This document shows, piece by piece, positions 1-21,474 of a stretch of 64,000 bases of DNA. The position numbers and the translations under genes are program-made. Source of the stretch: an uncultured Alphaproteobacteria bacterium (GTDB lineage: Bacteria > Pseudomonadota > Alphaproteobacteria > ATCC43930 > CGMCC-115725); the NCBI GenBank assembly GCA_963851285.1, contig CAWKOL010000003.1, forward strand, positions 16,093 to 80,092, given 5' to 3'. The number at the start of each line of letters is the position of its first letter. The first letter of the stretch is position 1. A model generated the notes under the pieces. The model made no database searches, was not told where the DNA came from, and worked only from the letters and a program-made list of their open reading frames with translations.

Positions 1-154
1 GCAAGCGTTGGCTTCATCATGCGCCGCGTATTTCTTCGAGCGCGTGACGAACTTCTTGTAGACCGGATGCATGACGCGGCGTTCCACATGCACGATCACG
101 GTCTTGGTCGGATTTGTCGCTGACGACAACGCCCTGGAGGACTCGTTTCGGCAT
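1..154 (-). pseudogene. rpsQ: 30S ribosomal protein S17, C-terminus cut by window edge; one apparent +1 insertion near 105 (probably a sequence error)
   Basis: From ATG (154..152) the minus strand reads [16 protein letters not shown]. After a 1-nt shift it reads [32 protein letters not shown] (S17 family). Lies immediately downstream of rpmC, as in S10 operons. Confidence 0.75.
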
Positions 155-163
155 GATCTATCC

Positions 164-355
164 CTAGGTCCGCGCGCGCTGGGCGACGACAGTCTTGATG
201 CGCGCAATGTCGCGACGCACCGCCCGCATGCGGTCGGTGTTCTCCAATTGGCCACTGGCGCGCTGAAAGCGCAGGTTGAACGTCTCCTTGTCGAGCTTAT
301 CGAGCTCGGCCTTGAGTTCATCATCGGTCTTGGCGCGAACGTCGGCGGCCTTCAT
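164..355 (-). CDS. rpmC: 50S ribosomal protein L29
   Basis: Internal Met of ORF 164..586 gives [56 protein letters not shown] (63 aa). Start overlaps the rplP stop by 4 nt. Confidence 0.9.
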   Translation of the reverse strand: MKAADVRAKTDDELKAELDKLDKETFNLRFQRASGQLENTDRMRAVRRDIARIKTVVAQRART

Positions 356-777
356 CGCCCGGCCTCCATGCCGATGCGCGTCACGATCTTGGTCGCGATC
401 GGCAGCTTCGCGGCTGCCAGCATGAACGCCTCCTGCGCCAGCGCGGCCGGCACGCCGTCGAGCTCGAACAGGATGCGGCCCGGCTTCACCCGCGCGACCC
501 AGAATTCGGGCGTGCCCTTGCCGCTGCCCATGCGGACTTCGGCCGGCTTCATGGAAACGGGGACATCGGGAAAGATGCGGATCCACACCCGGCCGATGCG
601 CCGGATGTGGCGGGTGATGGCACGGCGCGACGCCTCGATCTGGCGCGCGGTGACACGGCCCGGTTCCGTCGCCTTCAGCCCATAAGCGCCGAAATTCAGG
701 GCAGCGCCGCCTTTGGCGGCGCCGTGAATGCGGCCCTTATGCGCCTTGCGATATTTGGTACGTGCCGGTTGTAACAT
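352..777 (-). CDS. rplP: 50S ribosomal protein L16
   Basis: 141-aa [27 protein letters not shown]...[14 protein letters not shown]16 family. Operon position between rpsC and rpmC. Confidence 0.95.
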   Translation of the reverse strand: MLQPARTKYRKAHKGRIHGAAKGGAALNFGAYGLKATEPGRVTARQIEASRRAITRHIRRIGRVWIRIFPDVPVSMKPAEVRMGSGKGTPEFWVARVKPGRILFELDGVPAALAQEAFMLAAAKLPIATKIVTRIGMEAGR

Positions 778-795
778 TGTTTTTCGTGCCTCTAA

Positions 796-1476
796 CTACG
801 CCCGCGCCTGTTGCTGCTCGGCGATGCGTTTGTCTTGCGCCATCGGGTCGTGCGCCATGACTTCGCCCTTGAACACCCAGACCTTCACGCCGCAAGTGCC
901 GTAGGTGGTCTTGGCGGTGCCGTAACCGAAATCCACATCGGCGCGCAGCGTGTGCAGCGGCACGCGGCCCTCGCGATACCATTCCATGCGCGCGATCTCG
1001 GCGCCGCCGAGCCGGCCGGAGCAATTGATGCGGATGCCGAGCGCGCCGAGGCGCATCGCCGATTGCACCGCGCGCTTCATCGCCCGGCGGAACGCGACGC
1101 GACGCTCCAACTGCTGCGCGATGCCGTCGGCGATCAGCTTGGCGTCGATCTCGGGCTTGCGGATTTCGACGATGTTCAGGCTGACCTCGCTCGAGGTCAT
1201 CTTGCCGATGTCCGCACGCAGCTTTTCGATGTCGGCGCCCTTTTTGCCTATCACGACGCCGGGCCGCGCCGAGTGGATGGTGATGCGCGCCTTTTTCGCC
1301 GCGCGTTCGACCACGATGCGGCTGACACCCGCTTGTTGCAGCCGGTCCGTCAGGAATTTCCGCAGCTTGATGTCCTCATGCAGCAGGTTGCCGTAGTCCT
1401 TGCGGGCAAACCAGCGCGAATCCCAGGTTCGGTTGATGCCGAGCCGCAGCCCGACCGGATTGACTTTCTGACCCAT
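796..1476 (-). CDS. rpsC: 30S ribosomal protein S3
   Basis: 226-aa [27 protein letters not shown]...[28 protein letters not shown] (S3). Confidence 0.95.
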   Translation of the reverse strand: MGQKVNPVGLRLGINRTWDSRWFARKDYGNLLHEDIKLRKFLTDRLQQAGVSRIVVERAAKKARITIHSARPGVVIGKKGADIEKLRADIGKMTSSEVSLNIVEIRKPEIDAKLIADGIAQQLERRVAFRRAMKRAVQSAMRLGALGIRINCSGRLGGAEIARMEWYREGRVPLHTLRADVDFGYGTAKTTYGTCGVKVWVFKGEVMAHDPMAQDKRIAEQQQARA

Positions 1477-1871
1477 CAGGCTTGCTCCTGCCCTGCCGCC
1501 GCGTCTTGCTCGCGGACCACGACGGTGAGATTGGCGTACGATTTTTCGACGCGGGACGCGCGGCCGCGGCCGCGCGCGTGAAAGCGCTTCAGCACGAAGG
1601 CGCGGCCGACGCTCGCTTCCTTGACCACGAGCCGGTCGACGTCGAGCTGGTGATTGTTCTCGGCGTTGGCGATTGCCGCTTGCAGTACCTTCTTGACGGC
1701 GTGCGCGATGCGGCGCTTCGAGAAATCGAGTTCGGCGAGCGCGGCGCTCGCGGTCTTGCCGCGGATCGTCTGCGCCACGAGGTTGAGCTTGCGCGCGCTG
1801 GTCTTGAGCGCGCGAGCATAAGCCGTCGCCTCGGTTTCGGCGACGCGACGAGCGTTGCTTTTCTTGCTCAT
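1476..1871 (-). CDS. rplV: 50S ribosomal protein L22
   Basis: 131-aa ORF with [32 protein letters not shown]...[15 protein letters not shown] (L22). Confidence 0.95.
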   Translation of the reverse strand: MSKKSNARRVAETEATAYARALKTSARKLNLVAQTIRGKTASAALAELDFSKRRIAHAVKKVLQAAIANAENNHQLDVDRLVVKEASVGRAFVLKRFHARGRGRASRVEKSYANLTVVVREQDAAAGQEQA

Positions 1872-2161
1872 GACGGGCCGTCCGAGCGCTTCGCTTTTTT
1901 GTCGGCGGCGGTATGGCCGCGGAAGATGCGGGTCGGGGCGAACTCCCCGAACTTATGGCCGATCATGTGCTCGGTCACCAGTACCGGCACGAATTTGTTG
2001 CCGTTATAAACGCCGAACGTCAGGCCGACGAATTGCGGAAAGATGGTCGAGCGCCGCGACCAGGTCTTGATGATTTCGTTCCGGCCCGAGCCGCGCGTCT
2101 TCTCCGCCTTCTTGAGAAGATAGCCGTCGACGAACGGACCCTTCCAAACCGAGCGTGTCAC
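1868..2161 (-). CDS. rpsS: 30S ribosomal protein S19
   Basis: 97-aa [21 protein letters not shown]...[28 protein letters not shown] (S19). 4-nt overlap with rplV. Confidence 0.95.
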   Translation of the reverse strand: MTRSVWKGPFVDGYLLKKAEKTRGSGRNEIIKTWSRRSTIFPQFVGLTFGVYNGNKFVPVLVTEHMIGHKFGEFAPTRIFRGHTAADKKAKRSDGPS

Positions 2162-2173
2162 CAGCGCCCTCCG

Positions 2174-2989
2174 TTACTTAACTCGCCGGCGCCGCACGAT
2201 CATGCGGTCCGTCGATTTGTTGTGTCGCGTCTTCAAGCCCTTGGCATTCTGGCCCCACGGCGACACCGGGTGGCGTCCGCCCTTGGTGCGGCCGCCGAGC
2301 GGATGATCGACCGGGTTCATCGCTTCGCCGCGGACATGGCCGCGCCAGCCCTTCCAACGGTTGCGACCGGCCTTGCCGATCGACACGTTCTGCTCGTCGG
2401 GATTCGACACCGCGCCGACCGTGGCGCGGCACTCGGCAGGAACCATGCGCACCTCGCCCGACGCGAGACGCAACAGCGCGTTGCCGGCGTCACGTCCGAC
2501 CAATTGCACATACGTGCCGGCGGAACGCGCGAGCTGTCCGCCCTTGCCGGGCTTCAGTTCGACATTGTGGATGATGGTGCCGAGCGGGATGCCGCTGATC
2601 GGCATCGCGTTGCCCGGCTTTACGTCGACGCGGTTGCCCGACACGACCTTGTCGCCCGGCGCCAGACGCTGCGGCGCCAGAATGTAAGACAGCTCGCCGT
2701 CGTCGTATTTGATCAGCGCGATGAACGCCGTGCGGTTCGGATCGTACTCGAGCCGTTCGACCGTCGCCGGCAGCGTCTTGGTGCGCTTGAAATCGACGAT
2801 GCGATAACGCTGCTTGTGCCCGCCGCCGCGATACCGCGACGTGATGCGGCCCGTATTGTTGCGCCCGCCCGAGGATTTCGATCCTTCGGTCAGAGCGCGC
2901 ACCGGCGCGCCCTTCCACAATTCGCCGCGGTCGACCAGGATCAACTGACGCTGGCCGGGCGTGACGGGATTAAAATTTTTCAGCGCCAT
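2174..2989 (-). CDS. rplB: 50S ribosomal protein L2
   Basis: 271-aa [19 protein letters not shown]...[17 protein letters not shown] (L2). Confidence 0.95.
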   Translation of the reverse strand: MALKNFNPVTPGQRQLILVDRGELWKGAPVRALTEGSKSSGGRNNTGRITSRYRGGGHKQRYRIVDFKRTKTLPATVERLEYDPNRTAFIALIKYDDGELSYILAPQRLAPGDKVVSGNRVDVKPGNAMPISGIPLGTIIHNVELKPGKGGQLARSAGTYVQLVGRDAGNALLRLASGEVRMVPAECRATVGAVSNPDEQNVSIGKAGRNRWKGWRGHVRGEAMNPVDHPLGGRTKGGRHPVSPWGQNAKGLKTRHNKSTDRMIVRRRRVK

Positions 2990-2990
2990 C

Positions 2991-3324
2991 TCAGACTCCC
3001 GCCGACACGTCGATCTTCGAACCCTCGGCCAGGGTGACGATCGCTTTCTTGTAGTCGGACCGTTGGCCCTTGCGGCCGCGGGTCATTTTGCGCTTGCCTT
3101 TGACGCGCACGGTATTGACCGCCGCGACCTTGACCTTGAACAGAGCTCTCGACCGCGACCTTGACCGCGCGCTTGTCGGCATCGAGCGGCACGCGGAACG
3201 TCACCTGATTGTGCTCCGACCCCATCGTCGCCTTCTCGGTGATGACGGGCGTCTGAACGATGTCGTACATCGCGGTGCGCGAGATGGTGGGCGCGGCCTT
3301 TGGGATAAAACGGAACCGGCTCAT
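2991..3324 (-). pseudogene. rplW: 50S ribosomal protein L23; one apparent +1 insertion near 3145 (probably a sequence error)
   Basis: [59 protein letters not shown] (frame of ORF 2980..3324) continues as [50 protein letters not shown] (frame of ORF 2991..3182). Confidence 0.85.
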
Positions 3325-3941
3325 TTGAGACGCGCCTCCAGATGCTCGACGGCGCTGCGCGTCAACACCAACGTGTCGCGGCGCAGAATGTCGTAAACGT
3401 TGGCGCCCTGCTGCGGCAGCACGTCGACCTTCGGCAGGTTCCGCGCGGCGCGGGCAAAATTCTCATCGAGCTCCGGCCCGTCGATGATCAGCACCGAGTT
3501 CCAGCCGAGCTCCCTGAATTGCGCCGCCAACCCCTTGGTTTTGCCGTCCGTCGCCTTGGCGGCGTCAAGCACCACCAGCTTGCCCTCGGCCTGCTTCGCC
3601 GACAGCGCGGTCTTCAACGCGAGCCGCCGCACTTTCTTTTGCAGGCTGAATTCGTGGCTGCGCACCACCGGCCCGAAGATGACGGCGCCGCCGCGGAACT
3701 GCGGCGAGCGCAAGCTGCCTTGCCGCGCGCGGCCGGTGCCTTTCTGCTTCCACGGCTTTTTGGTGGTGCCCTGGATATCGCCGATCTGTTTCGCCTTGTG
3801 CGTGCCCGCGCGGCGCTTGGCCAATTGGTAATTGACCATGCGCGCCAGAATGTCCTTGCGCACCGGCAGGCCGAAAATCTCGTCGGCAAGTTCGATCTCG
3901 CCGGCGCCCTTGCTGTCGAGACTGGTGACGGCGAGCTTCAT
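3321..3941 (-). CDS. rplD: 50S ribosomal protein L4
   Basis: 206-aa ORF with [31 protein letters not shown] (L4). Confidence 0.95.
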   Translation of the reverse strand: MKLAVTSLDSKGAGEIELADEIFGLPVRKDILARMVNYQLAKRRAGTHKAKQIGDIQGTTKKPWKQKGTGRARQGSLRSPQFRGGAVIFGPVVRSHEFSLQKKVRRLALKTALSAKQAEGKLVVLDAAKATDGKTKGLAAQFRELGWNSVLIIDGPELDENFARAARNLPKVDVLPQQGANVYDILRRDTLVLTRSAVEHLEARLK

Positions 3942-4637
3942 GACGCGGCTCCTGCGGCCGGCACGGCACGAAGCGCGGCCGGGAACGGCAAGTCCTTCGG
4001 CGCCGGACGCTTCGACGCGTCTTTGATCAGCACGTAGCCACCATCGGCGCCGGGCACCGCGCCCTCGACCATGATCAGGCCCTTATCCGCGTCGGTGCTG
4101 ACAACCTTAAGATTTTGCGTCGTGACGCGGACATCGCCGAGATGGCCCGGCATTTTCTTGCCGCGGAACACCTTGCCGGGATCCTGGCGCTGACCGGTCG
4201 AACCGGGGCTGCGGTGAGACACCGAGACACCGTGCGTCGCGCGCAAACCGCCGAAATGATGCCGCTTGATGACGCCCGCGAAGCCCTTGCCCTTGGTGGT
4301 GCCGACGACATCGACGAACTGGCCGACCAGGAAATGCGCCGCCGTAATCTCGGCGCCAACCTCGAGCAGCGCGTCAGGCGAGACGCGGAACTCAATCAGC
4401 TTCTTCTTCGGCTCGAGCTTCGACTTGGCGAAATGGCCGCGCATCGGCTGGCGTCACGTTCTTGACCTTCGCCTTGCCGGTGCCGAGCTGGACGGCGGTG
4501 TAGCCGTCCTTCTCCGCCGTGCGCACCGCGACGACCTGAACCTGATCGACCTCGAGCACGGTGACCGGCACGTGATTGCCGTCGTCGGCGAACACGCGCG
4601 TCATGCCGAGTTTTTTGGCGATGAGACCGGTACGCAT
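3938..4637 (-). pseudogene. rplC: 50S ribosomal protein L3; one apparent +1 insertion near 4449 (probably a sequence error)
   Basis: [30 protein letters not shown]...GKAKVKNVT (Met at 4637, frame of ORF 4392..4667) continues as [16 protein letters not shown]...[15 protein letters not shown] (ORF 3938..4444). Confidence 0.85.
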
Positions 4638-4647
4638 CACCGCATCC

Positions 4648-4962
4648 TTAGAGCTTGATCTCGACATCGACGCCGGCAGCGAGGTCGAGCTTCATCAGCG
4701 CGTCCACCGTTTGCGGCGTCGGATCGACAATGTCGAGCACGCGCTTATGCGTGCGGATTTCGAACTGCTCGCGCGACTTCTTGTCGATATGCGGCGAGCG
4801 CAGCACGGTGAATTTTTCGATCCGCGTCGGCAATGGAATCGGTCCGCGCACGCGCGCGCCGGTGCGCTTCGCGGTGTTGACGATCTCGCTGGTCGACTGG
4901 TCGAGCACGCGATGATCGTAGGCCCGCAAGCGGATCCGGATATTTTGATTGTCGTTTGCCAT
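4648..4962 (-). CDS. rpsJ: 30S ribosomal protein S10
   Basis: 104-aa [26 protein letters not shown]...[21 protein letters not shown] (S10). Confidence 0.95.
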   Translation of the reverse strand: MANDNQNIRIRLRAYDHRVLDQSTSEIVNTAKRTGARVRGPIPLPTRIEKFTVLRSPHIDKKSREQFEIRTHKRVLDIVDPTPQTVDALMKLDLAAGVDVEIKL

Positions 4963-4990
4963 GAGTTTGATTCCGCTTGCGCCCCGATGC

Positions 4991-6183
<1,193 letters not shown>

Positions 6184-6218
6184 CGGATGTTCTCCGCCAG
6201 TTCCTTCTGTTTCCTAGA

Positions 6219-8294
6219 TCAGGCCATCTTCCGGCGGATCTCTTCCGCGACGGTCGGTGGCACCGGTTCGTAATGATCGAAATGCATCGTGTACTGCGCG
6301 CGCCCTTGAGTCATCGAACGCAGCGTATTGACGTAACCGAACATGTTGGCGAGTGGCACTTGCGCCTGGATCACCTTGGCGTTGCCGCGGCTGTCCATGC
6401 CGGTGACTTGACCGCGGCGGCTTTGCAGATCGCCCATCACGCCGCCGGTGAAGTCCTCCGGCGTCACGACTTCAACCCGCATCATCGGCTCGAGCAGTTT
6501 CGGCGCGGCTTTTTGCATGCCTTCCTTGAAAGCGGCGCGCGCCGCGATCTCGAACGCGAGCGCGCTCGAATCGACCTCATGATAGGCGCCGTCATAGAGC
6601 GTCGCCTTGAAATCGATCACCGGGTAGCCGACCAGCACGCCCGAGTCCTTCGAGCCGCGGATGCCCTTCTCGACCGCCGGAATGTATTCGCGCGGCACGT
6701 TGCCGCCGCGCACATCGTCGACGAACTCGAAGCCGCCGCCCGGGGGCAGCGGCTCGAACGTCATCTTGACGCGCGCGAACTGTCCGGCGCCGCCGGTCTG
6801 CTTCTTGTGGACATAGTCGATGTCGGCCTTGCGCGAGATGGTCTCGCGATAAGCGACCTGCGGCGCGCCGATATTGGCGTCGACCTTGAACTCGCGCTTC
6901 ATGCGGTCGACGATGATCTCGAGGTGGAGCTCGCCCATCCCCTTGATGATGGTCTGCCCGCTTTCGTGATCGACCGCCACGCGGAACGACGGGTCCTCGG
7001 TCGCAAGTCGCGCGAGCGCCGCACCCATCTTCTCCTGGTCGCCCTTTGTCTTGGGCTCGACCGCGATCTCGATGACGGGGTCGGGGAACTCCATCCGCTC
7101 CAGCACCACGGCGGCGTTCGGATCGCACAGCGTGTCGCCGGTAGTGGTGTTCTTAAGGCCCGCGAGTGCGACGATGTCGCCGGCGCGCGCCTCCTTGATG
7201 TCTTCGCGATGGTTCGCGTGCATTTGCAGCATGCGGCCGATGCGCTCGCGATTGTCCTTCACCGAATTCAGCACCATCGAGCCTGTCGTCAGCACGCCCG
7301 AATAGATGCGCGCAAACGTCAACGAGCCGACGAACGGATCGGTCATGATCTTAAAGGCAAGCGCCGAGAACGGCTCATCGTCCGACGCCTTGCGCGTCAC
7401 CGGCTCGTCGGTGCCCATCTTGACGCCTTCGACCGCCGGCACGTCGACCGGCGACGGCAGGTAATCGACGACGGCGTCGAGCAGCGGCTGCACGCCCTTG
7501 TTCTTGAAGGCGGAGCCACACAGTACCGGGACGAACGCGTAGGAAATCGTGCCCTTGCGAATGCAGCGGCGCAATTCGTCCGGCGTCGGCGCCTTGCCGC
7601 CCAGATAGGCCTCGAGAATCGCATCGTCTTGCTCGACGGCCATCTCGACCAGCTTGGCGTGCCATTCGTCGGCCTGCGCCTTGAGATTGGCCGGAATTTC
7701 GCCGACATCGAACTTCGCGCCGAGCGTTTCTTCTTGCCAGACGACCGCCTTCATCTCGATCAGATCGACGACGCCGGCGAATTCGCTTTCGACGCCGATC
7801 GGCAGCTGCGTGACGAGCGGCTTGGCGCCAAGGCGGTCGACGATCATGTCGACCGTGCGCATGTAATTCGCGCCGATCCGGTCCATCTTGTTGACGAAGC
7901 AGATGCGCGGCACGCCGTATTTGTCGGCCTGGCGCCACACCGTTTCCGATTGCGGCTCGACGCCGGCGACGCTGTCGAACACCGTCACCGCGCCGTCGAG
8001 GACACGAAGGCTACGCTCCACCTCGATGGTGAAGTCGACATGGCCCGGCGTGTCGATGATGTTCACGCGATTGTCGCGCCAGAAACAGGTGGTCGCGGCC
8101 GACGTGATGGTGATGCCGCGCTCCTGCTCCTGCTCCATCCAATCCATGGTGGCCGTGCCCTCATGGACCTCGCCAATCTTATAGGAGCGGCCGGTGTAAT
8201 AGAGGATACGCTCGGTCGTCGTCGTCTTGCCGGCATCGATGTGGGCCATGATGCCGATATTGCGATAATCCTCGAGGGGCGTGGTACGTGGCAT
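6219..8294 (-). CDS. fusA: Elongation factor G
   Basis: Intact 691-aa ORF with [32 protein letters not shown] and NKMDR G-domain motifs. Sits between rpsG and tuf (str operon order). Confidence 0.97.
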   Translation of the reverse strand: MPRTTPLEDYRNIGIMAHIDAGKTTTTERILYYTGRSYKIGEVHEGTATMDWMEQEQERGITITSAATTCFWRDNRVNIIDTPGHVDFTIEVERSLRVLDGAVTVFDSVAGVEPQSETVWRQADKYGVPRICFVNKMDRIGANYMRTVDMIVDRLGAKPLVTQLPIGVESEFAGVVDLIEMKAVVWQEETLGAKFDVGEIPANLKAQADEWHAKLVEMAVEQDDAILEAYLGGKAPTPDELRRCIRKGTISYAFVPVLCGSAFKNKGVQPLLDAVVDYLPSPVDVPAVEGVKMGTDEPVTRKASDDEPFSALAFKIMTDPFVGSLTFARIYSGVLTTGSMVLNSVKDNRERIGRMLQMHANHREDIKEARAGDIVALAGLKNTTTGDTLCDPNAAVVLERMEFPDPVIEIAVEPKTKGDQEKMGAALARLATEDPSFRVAVDHESGQTIIKGMGELHLEIIVDRMKREFKVDANIGAPQVAYRETISRKADIDYVHKKQTGGAGQFARVKMTFEPLPPGGGFEFVDDVRGGNVPREYIPAVEKGIRGSKDSGVLVGYPVIDFKATLYDGAYHEVDSSALAFEIAARAAFKEGMQKAAPKLLEPMMRVEVVTPEDFTGGVMGDLQSRRGQVTGMDSRGNAKVIQAQVPLANMFGYVNTLRSMTQGRAQYTMHFDHYEPVPPTVAEEIRRKMA

Positions 8295-8324
8295 GAGAAG
8301 CTCCGGGAATCCCTGCTGCCTGCA

Positions 8325-8804
<480 letters not shown>

Positions 8805-9176
8805 TTACTTCGGCCGCTTGGCGCCGTATTTCGAGCGGCGCTGCTTGCGGTCCTTGACGCCTTGCGTGTCGAGCGTTCCGCGAATGATGTGATACCGCAC
8901 GCCCGGAAGGTCCTTCACGCGGCCGCCGCGGATCATCACCACGGAATGCTCCTGGAGATTATGGCCTTCGCCCGGAATGTAGGAGGTGACCTCGAAACCG
9001 TTGGTCAGTCGCACACGCGCCACCTTGCGCAGCGCCGAATTCGGCTTTTTCGGCGTAGTGGTGTAGACGCGGGTACAAACGCCGCGCTTTTGCGGCGATT
9101 GCCGGAGCGCCGGGACCTTGTTGCGCGCCCCCTGGGGGCGGCGCGGCTGGCGCACGAGCTGATTGATCGTCGGCAT
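8805..9176 (-). CDS. rpsL: 30S ribosomal protein S12
   Basis: Internal Met of ORF 8805..9236 gives [57 protein letters not shown]... (123 aa, S12). Confidence 0.95.
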   Translation of the reverse strand: MPTINQLVRQPRRPQGARNKVPALRQSPQKRGVCTRVYTTTPKKPNSALRKVARVRLTNGFEVTSYIPGEGHNLQEHSVVMIRGGRVKDLPGVRYHIIRGTLDTQGVKDRKQRRSKYGAKRPK

Positions 9177-9464
9177 AAATCGACAAGCCTCTCCAAACAT
9201 CGAAAGCCGAGCAGGGTGCCGACAGCACCGCCGCACGGGCCTGGTTAACTCCGGATCTGCACATCCCCGACTGGGGGACTTCAGGCCATTTTTGTAACTA
9301 ACGGCACTGAGGCTGCGTTTAGGATGGCCGCCTACCGCCAGCCCCGGAAAAGTGGGCGGATACTATGGGCGCGCCCCCCTCCCGTCAAGCGGGAATGGGC
9401 GGCAAAAATGGCGACAAACTCGTTGGTTTCGCGCACAGTCGGCACAAAGAAATAGGAGGAGCGC

Positions 9465-10931
9465 ATGGCCACGATCAGGCCGACCGAATTCACCTATATG
9501 ACGGCATCGCAACAAGCGGCGGCCCTGGTCGTTCGAAAAGTCTCCGCGGTCGAATTGCTCGACCTGGCCATCGCCCGGATCGAGGCGCTCGATGGCGCCT
9601 ACAACGCCGTCCCGGTGCGGGATTTCGATCGAGCCCGCGAGGTCGCTAAGGCCGCCGACCACGCCCTGGTGAAAGGCGAACGCAAGCCGCTCCTCGGGGT
9701 ACCGATGACGGTGAAGGAGTCATACAACGTCGCCGGCTTGCCCACGACGTGGGGCTTTCCCGATTTCAAAAACAATCGCGCCACGACCGACGCTGTCGCG
9801 GTCCAACGGCTCAAGAGTGCCGGCGCCGTGATCATGGGCAAGACCAATGTCCCGGTCGCCCTGTCGGATTGGCAGAGTTACAACGACATCTACGGCCAGA
9901 CCAATAATCCGTGGAACCCGGCCATGTCGCCGGGCGGATCGTCGGGCGGTTCCGCCGCATCGGTCGCGGCCGGCTACGCCGCGTTGGAGATCGGCTCCGA
10001 TATCGGCGGCTCGGTGCGGGTCCCGGCCCACTTTTGCGGCCTGTTCGGCCACAAGCCGACCTACGGCATCATTTCCTATCGCGGCCATAGTTTAATCGAC
10101 AGCGATCGCGACCCCGATGTTACGGTCGCGGGCCCCTTGGCGCGGAGCGCCGACGATCTGGCACTGGCGCTCGACATTCTGGCGGGACCGGACACCGATC
10201 GCGCGGTGGCATATCGCCTCGATTTACCGGCGCCGCGTCATCGCAACCTCAAGGATTTTCGTATCCTACTGCTCGACGAGCACCCGTTGGTGCCGACCGA
10301 CGCGACGGTGCGGGACGCGCTGGCGCGATTGACTGAAAAGCTCGGCAAGGCCGGCGCGAACGTGACACGCGCCGGCAATCGCATTCCGGATTTGGTGGCG
10401 TCGGCGCGGACCTATATCCCACTCCTGCTTGCGGAAATGACCGCCCGGATGCCCGCCGCCGCGATCGCTGACCTGAAGAAGCGCGTGGCGGCACTCTCGC
10501 CCGACGACAACTCCCTCGCCGCGTTGTGGTTACGCTCAACGGTGATGTCGCACGCCGACTGGGTCATGGTCGACCTGAAGCGCGCCGAACTGCGGCGCGC
10601 TTGGCGCGAGCTGTTCCTCGATTGGGATGTCGTCCTGGCGCCGCCGTTTCCGACCCCGGCCTTTCCGCACGATCACGTTCCCGACCAAGCCGACCGGCAC
10701 GCCACCATCAACGGCGAAAAAGTGCCCTACACCGACCAAATCCTGTGGCCGGGCGTCGCGAGCATGCTGATGCTGCCGGGAACGGTCGTGCCGCTCGAAC
10801 GTACCGCCGCCGGCCTGCCGGTCGGCGCCCAGATCATCGGGCCTTATCTCGAGGACCGCACCACGATCGAATTCGCGCGGCTTATCGAGCGTGAGTTCGG
10901 CGGCTTCGTGCCACCGCCGGGATTGGCGTAA
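9465..10931 (+). CDS. Amidase-signature family amidase
   Basis: Intact 488-aa ORF with the GGSSGGSAASVAAG amidase-signature stretch. AGGAGG lies just upstream of the ATG. Convergent with rpoC. Confidence 0.85.
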   Translation: MATIRPTEFTYMTASQQAAALVVRKVSAVELLDLAIARIEALDGAYNAVPVRDFDRAREVAKAADHALVKGERKPLLGVPMTVKESYNVAGLPTTWGFPDFKNNRATTDAVAVQRLKSAGAVIMGKTNVPVALSDWQSYNDIYGQTNNPWNPAMSPGGSSGGSAASVAAGYAALEIGSDIGGSVRVPAHFCGLFGHKPTYGIISYRGHSLIDSDRDPDVTVAGPLARSADDLALALDILAGPDTDRAVAYRLDLPAPRHRNLKDFRILLLDEHPLVPTDATVRDALARLTEKLGKAGANVTRAGNRIPDLVASARTYIPLLLAEMTARMPAAAIADLKKRVAALSPDDNSLAALWLRSTVMSHADWVMVDLKRAELRRAWRELFLDWDVVLAPPFPTPAFPHDHVPDQADRHATINGEKVPYTDQILWPGVASMLMLPGTVVPLERTAAGLPVGAQIIGPYLEDRTTIEFARLIEREFGGFVPPPGLA

Positions 10932-10937
10932 AAGTTT

Positions 10938-11004
10938 TCAGTTATCAGTCTTCAGTTATCAGTAAGCGGTACGAACTCCCGCAAACTGACAACTGAAAAC
11001 TGAC
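10938..11004. repeat. Heptad-periodic inverted repeat (4x TCAGTnn, 21-nt spacer, 3x ACTGAnn); probable bidirectional terminator between amidase and rpoC
   Basis: TCAGT at 10938, 10945, 10952 and 10959. ACTGA at 10985, 10992 and 10999. Arms are complementary with about 3 mismatches in 20. A related array occurs at 53104..53152. Confidence 0.6.
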
Positions 11005-11016
11005 GAGCGTTAACTC

Positions 11017-19396
<8,380 letters not shown>

Positions 19397-19465
19397 GGAT
19401 GCTCCTCAATGCCGCACGCCGCCAACTCGGCGCCGAATACCCTAAAGCCGACCTACCACCCCCGG

Positions 19466-19493
19466 AAACACAAAGCCGCCGGCCGGCAGCGGC
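19466..19493 (-). terminator. Putative rplL-rpoB intergenic attenuator/terminator hairpin
   Basis: The minus strand reads GCCGCTGCCGGCCGGCGGC followed by TTTGTGTTT, 74 nt after the rplL stop. An attenuator at this position is known in the E. coli rplJL-rpoBC operon. Confidence 0.4.
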
Positions 19494-19566
19494 GCGACTC
19501 CGCGCCGACTGCCCCGGGGCTTTTCTCGGCCCGCCGCCGAGGCGGGGACCGATTGGGCGCGACTGC

Positions 19567-19953
19567 CTATTTGACTTCGACTGTCGCACCCGCGTCTTCG
19601 AGCTGCTTCCTGATCTTCGCTGCCTCGTCTTTATTGACGCCTTCCTTGACCGCTTTCGGCGCGCCTTCGACCAGGTCCTTGGCCTCCTTCAGGCCGAGCC
19701 CGGTGATGGCACGTACCTCTTTGATCACATTGATCTTTTTCTCACCCGCCGCGGCCAGGATGACGTTGAACTCGGTCTGCTCGGCCGCCGCCGCGGCGCA
19801 GCCGCGCCGGCGCGCCGCGCCGGCAGCCGCTGCGACAGCCACAGGGGCCGCCGCGGAGACGCCCCACTTCTCCTCGAGGAGCTTCGAAAGCTGGGCTGCC
19901 TCGATGACCGAGAGCGACGACAGGGTTTCGACAATTTGATCCAGATTAGCCAT
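19567..19953 (-). CDS. rplL: 50S ribosomal protein L7/L12
   Basis: 128-aa [35 protein letters not shown]...[44 protein letters not shown]. Confidence 0.93.
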   Translation of the reverse strand: MANLDQIVETLSSLSVIEAAQLSKLLEEKWGVSAAAPVAVAAAAGAARRRGCAAAAAEQTEFNVILAAAGEKKINVIKEVRAITGLGLKEAKDLVEGAPKAVKEGVNKDEAAKIRKQLEDAGATVEVK

Positions 19954-19991
19954 TTTAGCACTCCTGGGAATTTTTCAAGTGTTTCGACGCG

Positions 19992-20512
19992 TTAGGCCGC
20001 CTCGCCGGCCTTGGCATGGGCAGAGAGCACGCGGGCGAGTTGGGCGCCCGGGCGCCTGCAGCACGGCGGCGATACGGCGTCGCCGGGGTTTGCAGGATCC
20101 CGAGCAGCTTGGCTCGGAGCTCATCGAGCGAAGGCATGGTAGCCAGGGCCTTGACGCCCTGTACGTCGAGCTGCTGTTCGCCGAGGCCGCCCCCGATGAT
20201 CGTCAGCTTGTCGTTCTTGTCGGCGAACGCGACGGCTACCTTCGCCGCCGCCACCGGATCGCGCGAAAAGGCGATAGCGGTGGGGCCTTTGAATAGCGGC
20301 GAAAGACGCTCGAACTTCGTGCCTGCCAAGGCGCGACGAGCCAGCCGGTTCTTGGTCACCCGGAACCCCGCGCCCGCCGCCCGCATCTGCCGCCGCAAGT
20401 CCGTCACCTCGGCGACCGTGAGGCCGCTTTGATGGGTGACGACAATGCAGTCGGTATCCGCGAGCGCCTTGTTCAGCGCGGTGACCAGGTTTGCTTTTTG
20501 CGACCGGTCCAC
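19992..20512 (-). pseudogene. rplJ: 50S ribosomal protein L10; two apparent +1 insertions near 20077 and 20050 (probably sequence errors)
   Basis: GTG start (20512). VDRSQKANLVTALNKAL...PSLDELRAKLLGILQTPAT (frame of ORF 19955..20593) continues as RIAAVLQAPG, then AQLARVLSAHAKAGEAA* in the two other frames. Removing 2 nt gives a 172-aa protein. Confidence 0.85.
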
Positions 20513-20775
20513 GGAACTCGTCTCCGACTTGTGGCCCGCCGCGTCACACCGCGCCGGGCCGGTTGCACGAGGGCGACGGAACCATTCCGCCACCCGGTTC
20601 GCCTGTCCCAGAAGCCGAGACTCTCGTCTCGTACTCCCGTCTCATGCTGGCGTTCCCGCAGGAACCTTGGGCCGGTCGAACGGCACCCGCAATCTCGGAC
20701 AGGATCGGGACGGTCGCCCGTCCCTGCCCGTCCGCCCGGCCGAGAGCCGCGCGGACGTATCTCACCAGAGCCCGG
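20513..20775 (-). promoter_or_regulatory. Long untranslated rplA-rplJ spacer, candidate L10 (rplJ) leader
   Basis: 263-nt gap with no credible ORF upstream of rplJ. An L10(L12)4-binding leader at this position is established for bacteria. The structure was not verified here. Confidence 0.35.
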
Positions 20776-21470
20776 CTAGACGCCGAGGCTCGACAATTCC
20801 AGTTTGACGCCCGGCCCCATGGTCGAGCTGAGGCTGACCTTCTTGATGTAGGCGCCCTTGACGCCGGTCGGCTTGGCGCGGCTGATCGCGCCGACGAAGG
20901 CCTTGAGGTTCTCGACCAGCGCGTCCTCGGTGAAGCTCGCCTTGCCGATGCCGGCATGGACGATGCCGGCCTTTTCGGCGCGGAACTCGACCTGGCCGCC
21001 CTTCGCCGCCTTCACCGCTTCGCCGACATTGGCGGTGACGGTGCCGAGCTTCGGGTTCGGCATCAGGCCGCGCGGGCCCAGCACTTTGCCGAGCTTGCCG
21101 ACGATCGCCATCATGTCCGGCGTCGCGATGCAGCGGTCGAAATCGATCGTGCCCCGCCTGGACCTTCTCGGCCAGATCCTCGGCGCCGACGATGTCGGCG
21201 CCCGCGGCCTGCGCCTCCTTGGCGCGGTCGCCCTTGGCGAATACCGCGACGCGCAGCGATTTGCCGGTGCCGTGCGGCAACAGCACGGTGCCGCGGATAT
21301 TCTGCTCGGCCTTGCGCGGGTCGATGTTGAGATTCATCGCGACTTCGACGGTCTCGTCGAACTTCGCCGTGGCGCGCGCCTTGACCAGCTTGACCGCGGC
21401 GGCGGCGTCATAGGCCTGCACCGGATCGATGCCTTCGTACGACTTCTTGAGACGTTTTCCCGTGCGCCAT
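20776..21470 (-). pseudogene. rplA: 50S ribosomal protein L1; two apparent +1 insertions near 21456 (A run) and 21154 (G run); probably sequence errors
   Basis: MAHGK (ATG at 21470), then [26 protein letters not shown]...[11 protein letters not shown] (frame of ORF 20762..21523). It continues as [33 protein letters not shown]...KLELSSLGV (ORF 20776..21114). Confidence 0.88.
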
Positions 21471-21474
21471 CGTC

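Noticed and set aside
19790-19850. Odd RRRGC stretch in the Ala-rich hinge of L7/L12, possibly a compensated double frameshift
   Set aside because: The ORF is intact and of normal length. Alternative frames give AGAAAP-like sequence, but restoring them needs two hypothetical indels that I cannot justify. The hinge is poorly conserved anyway.
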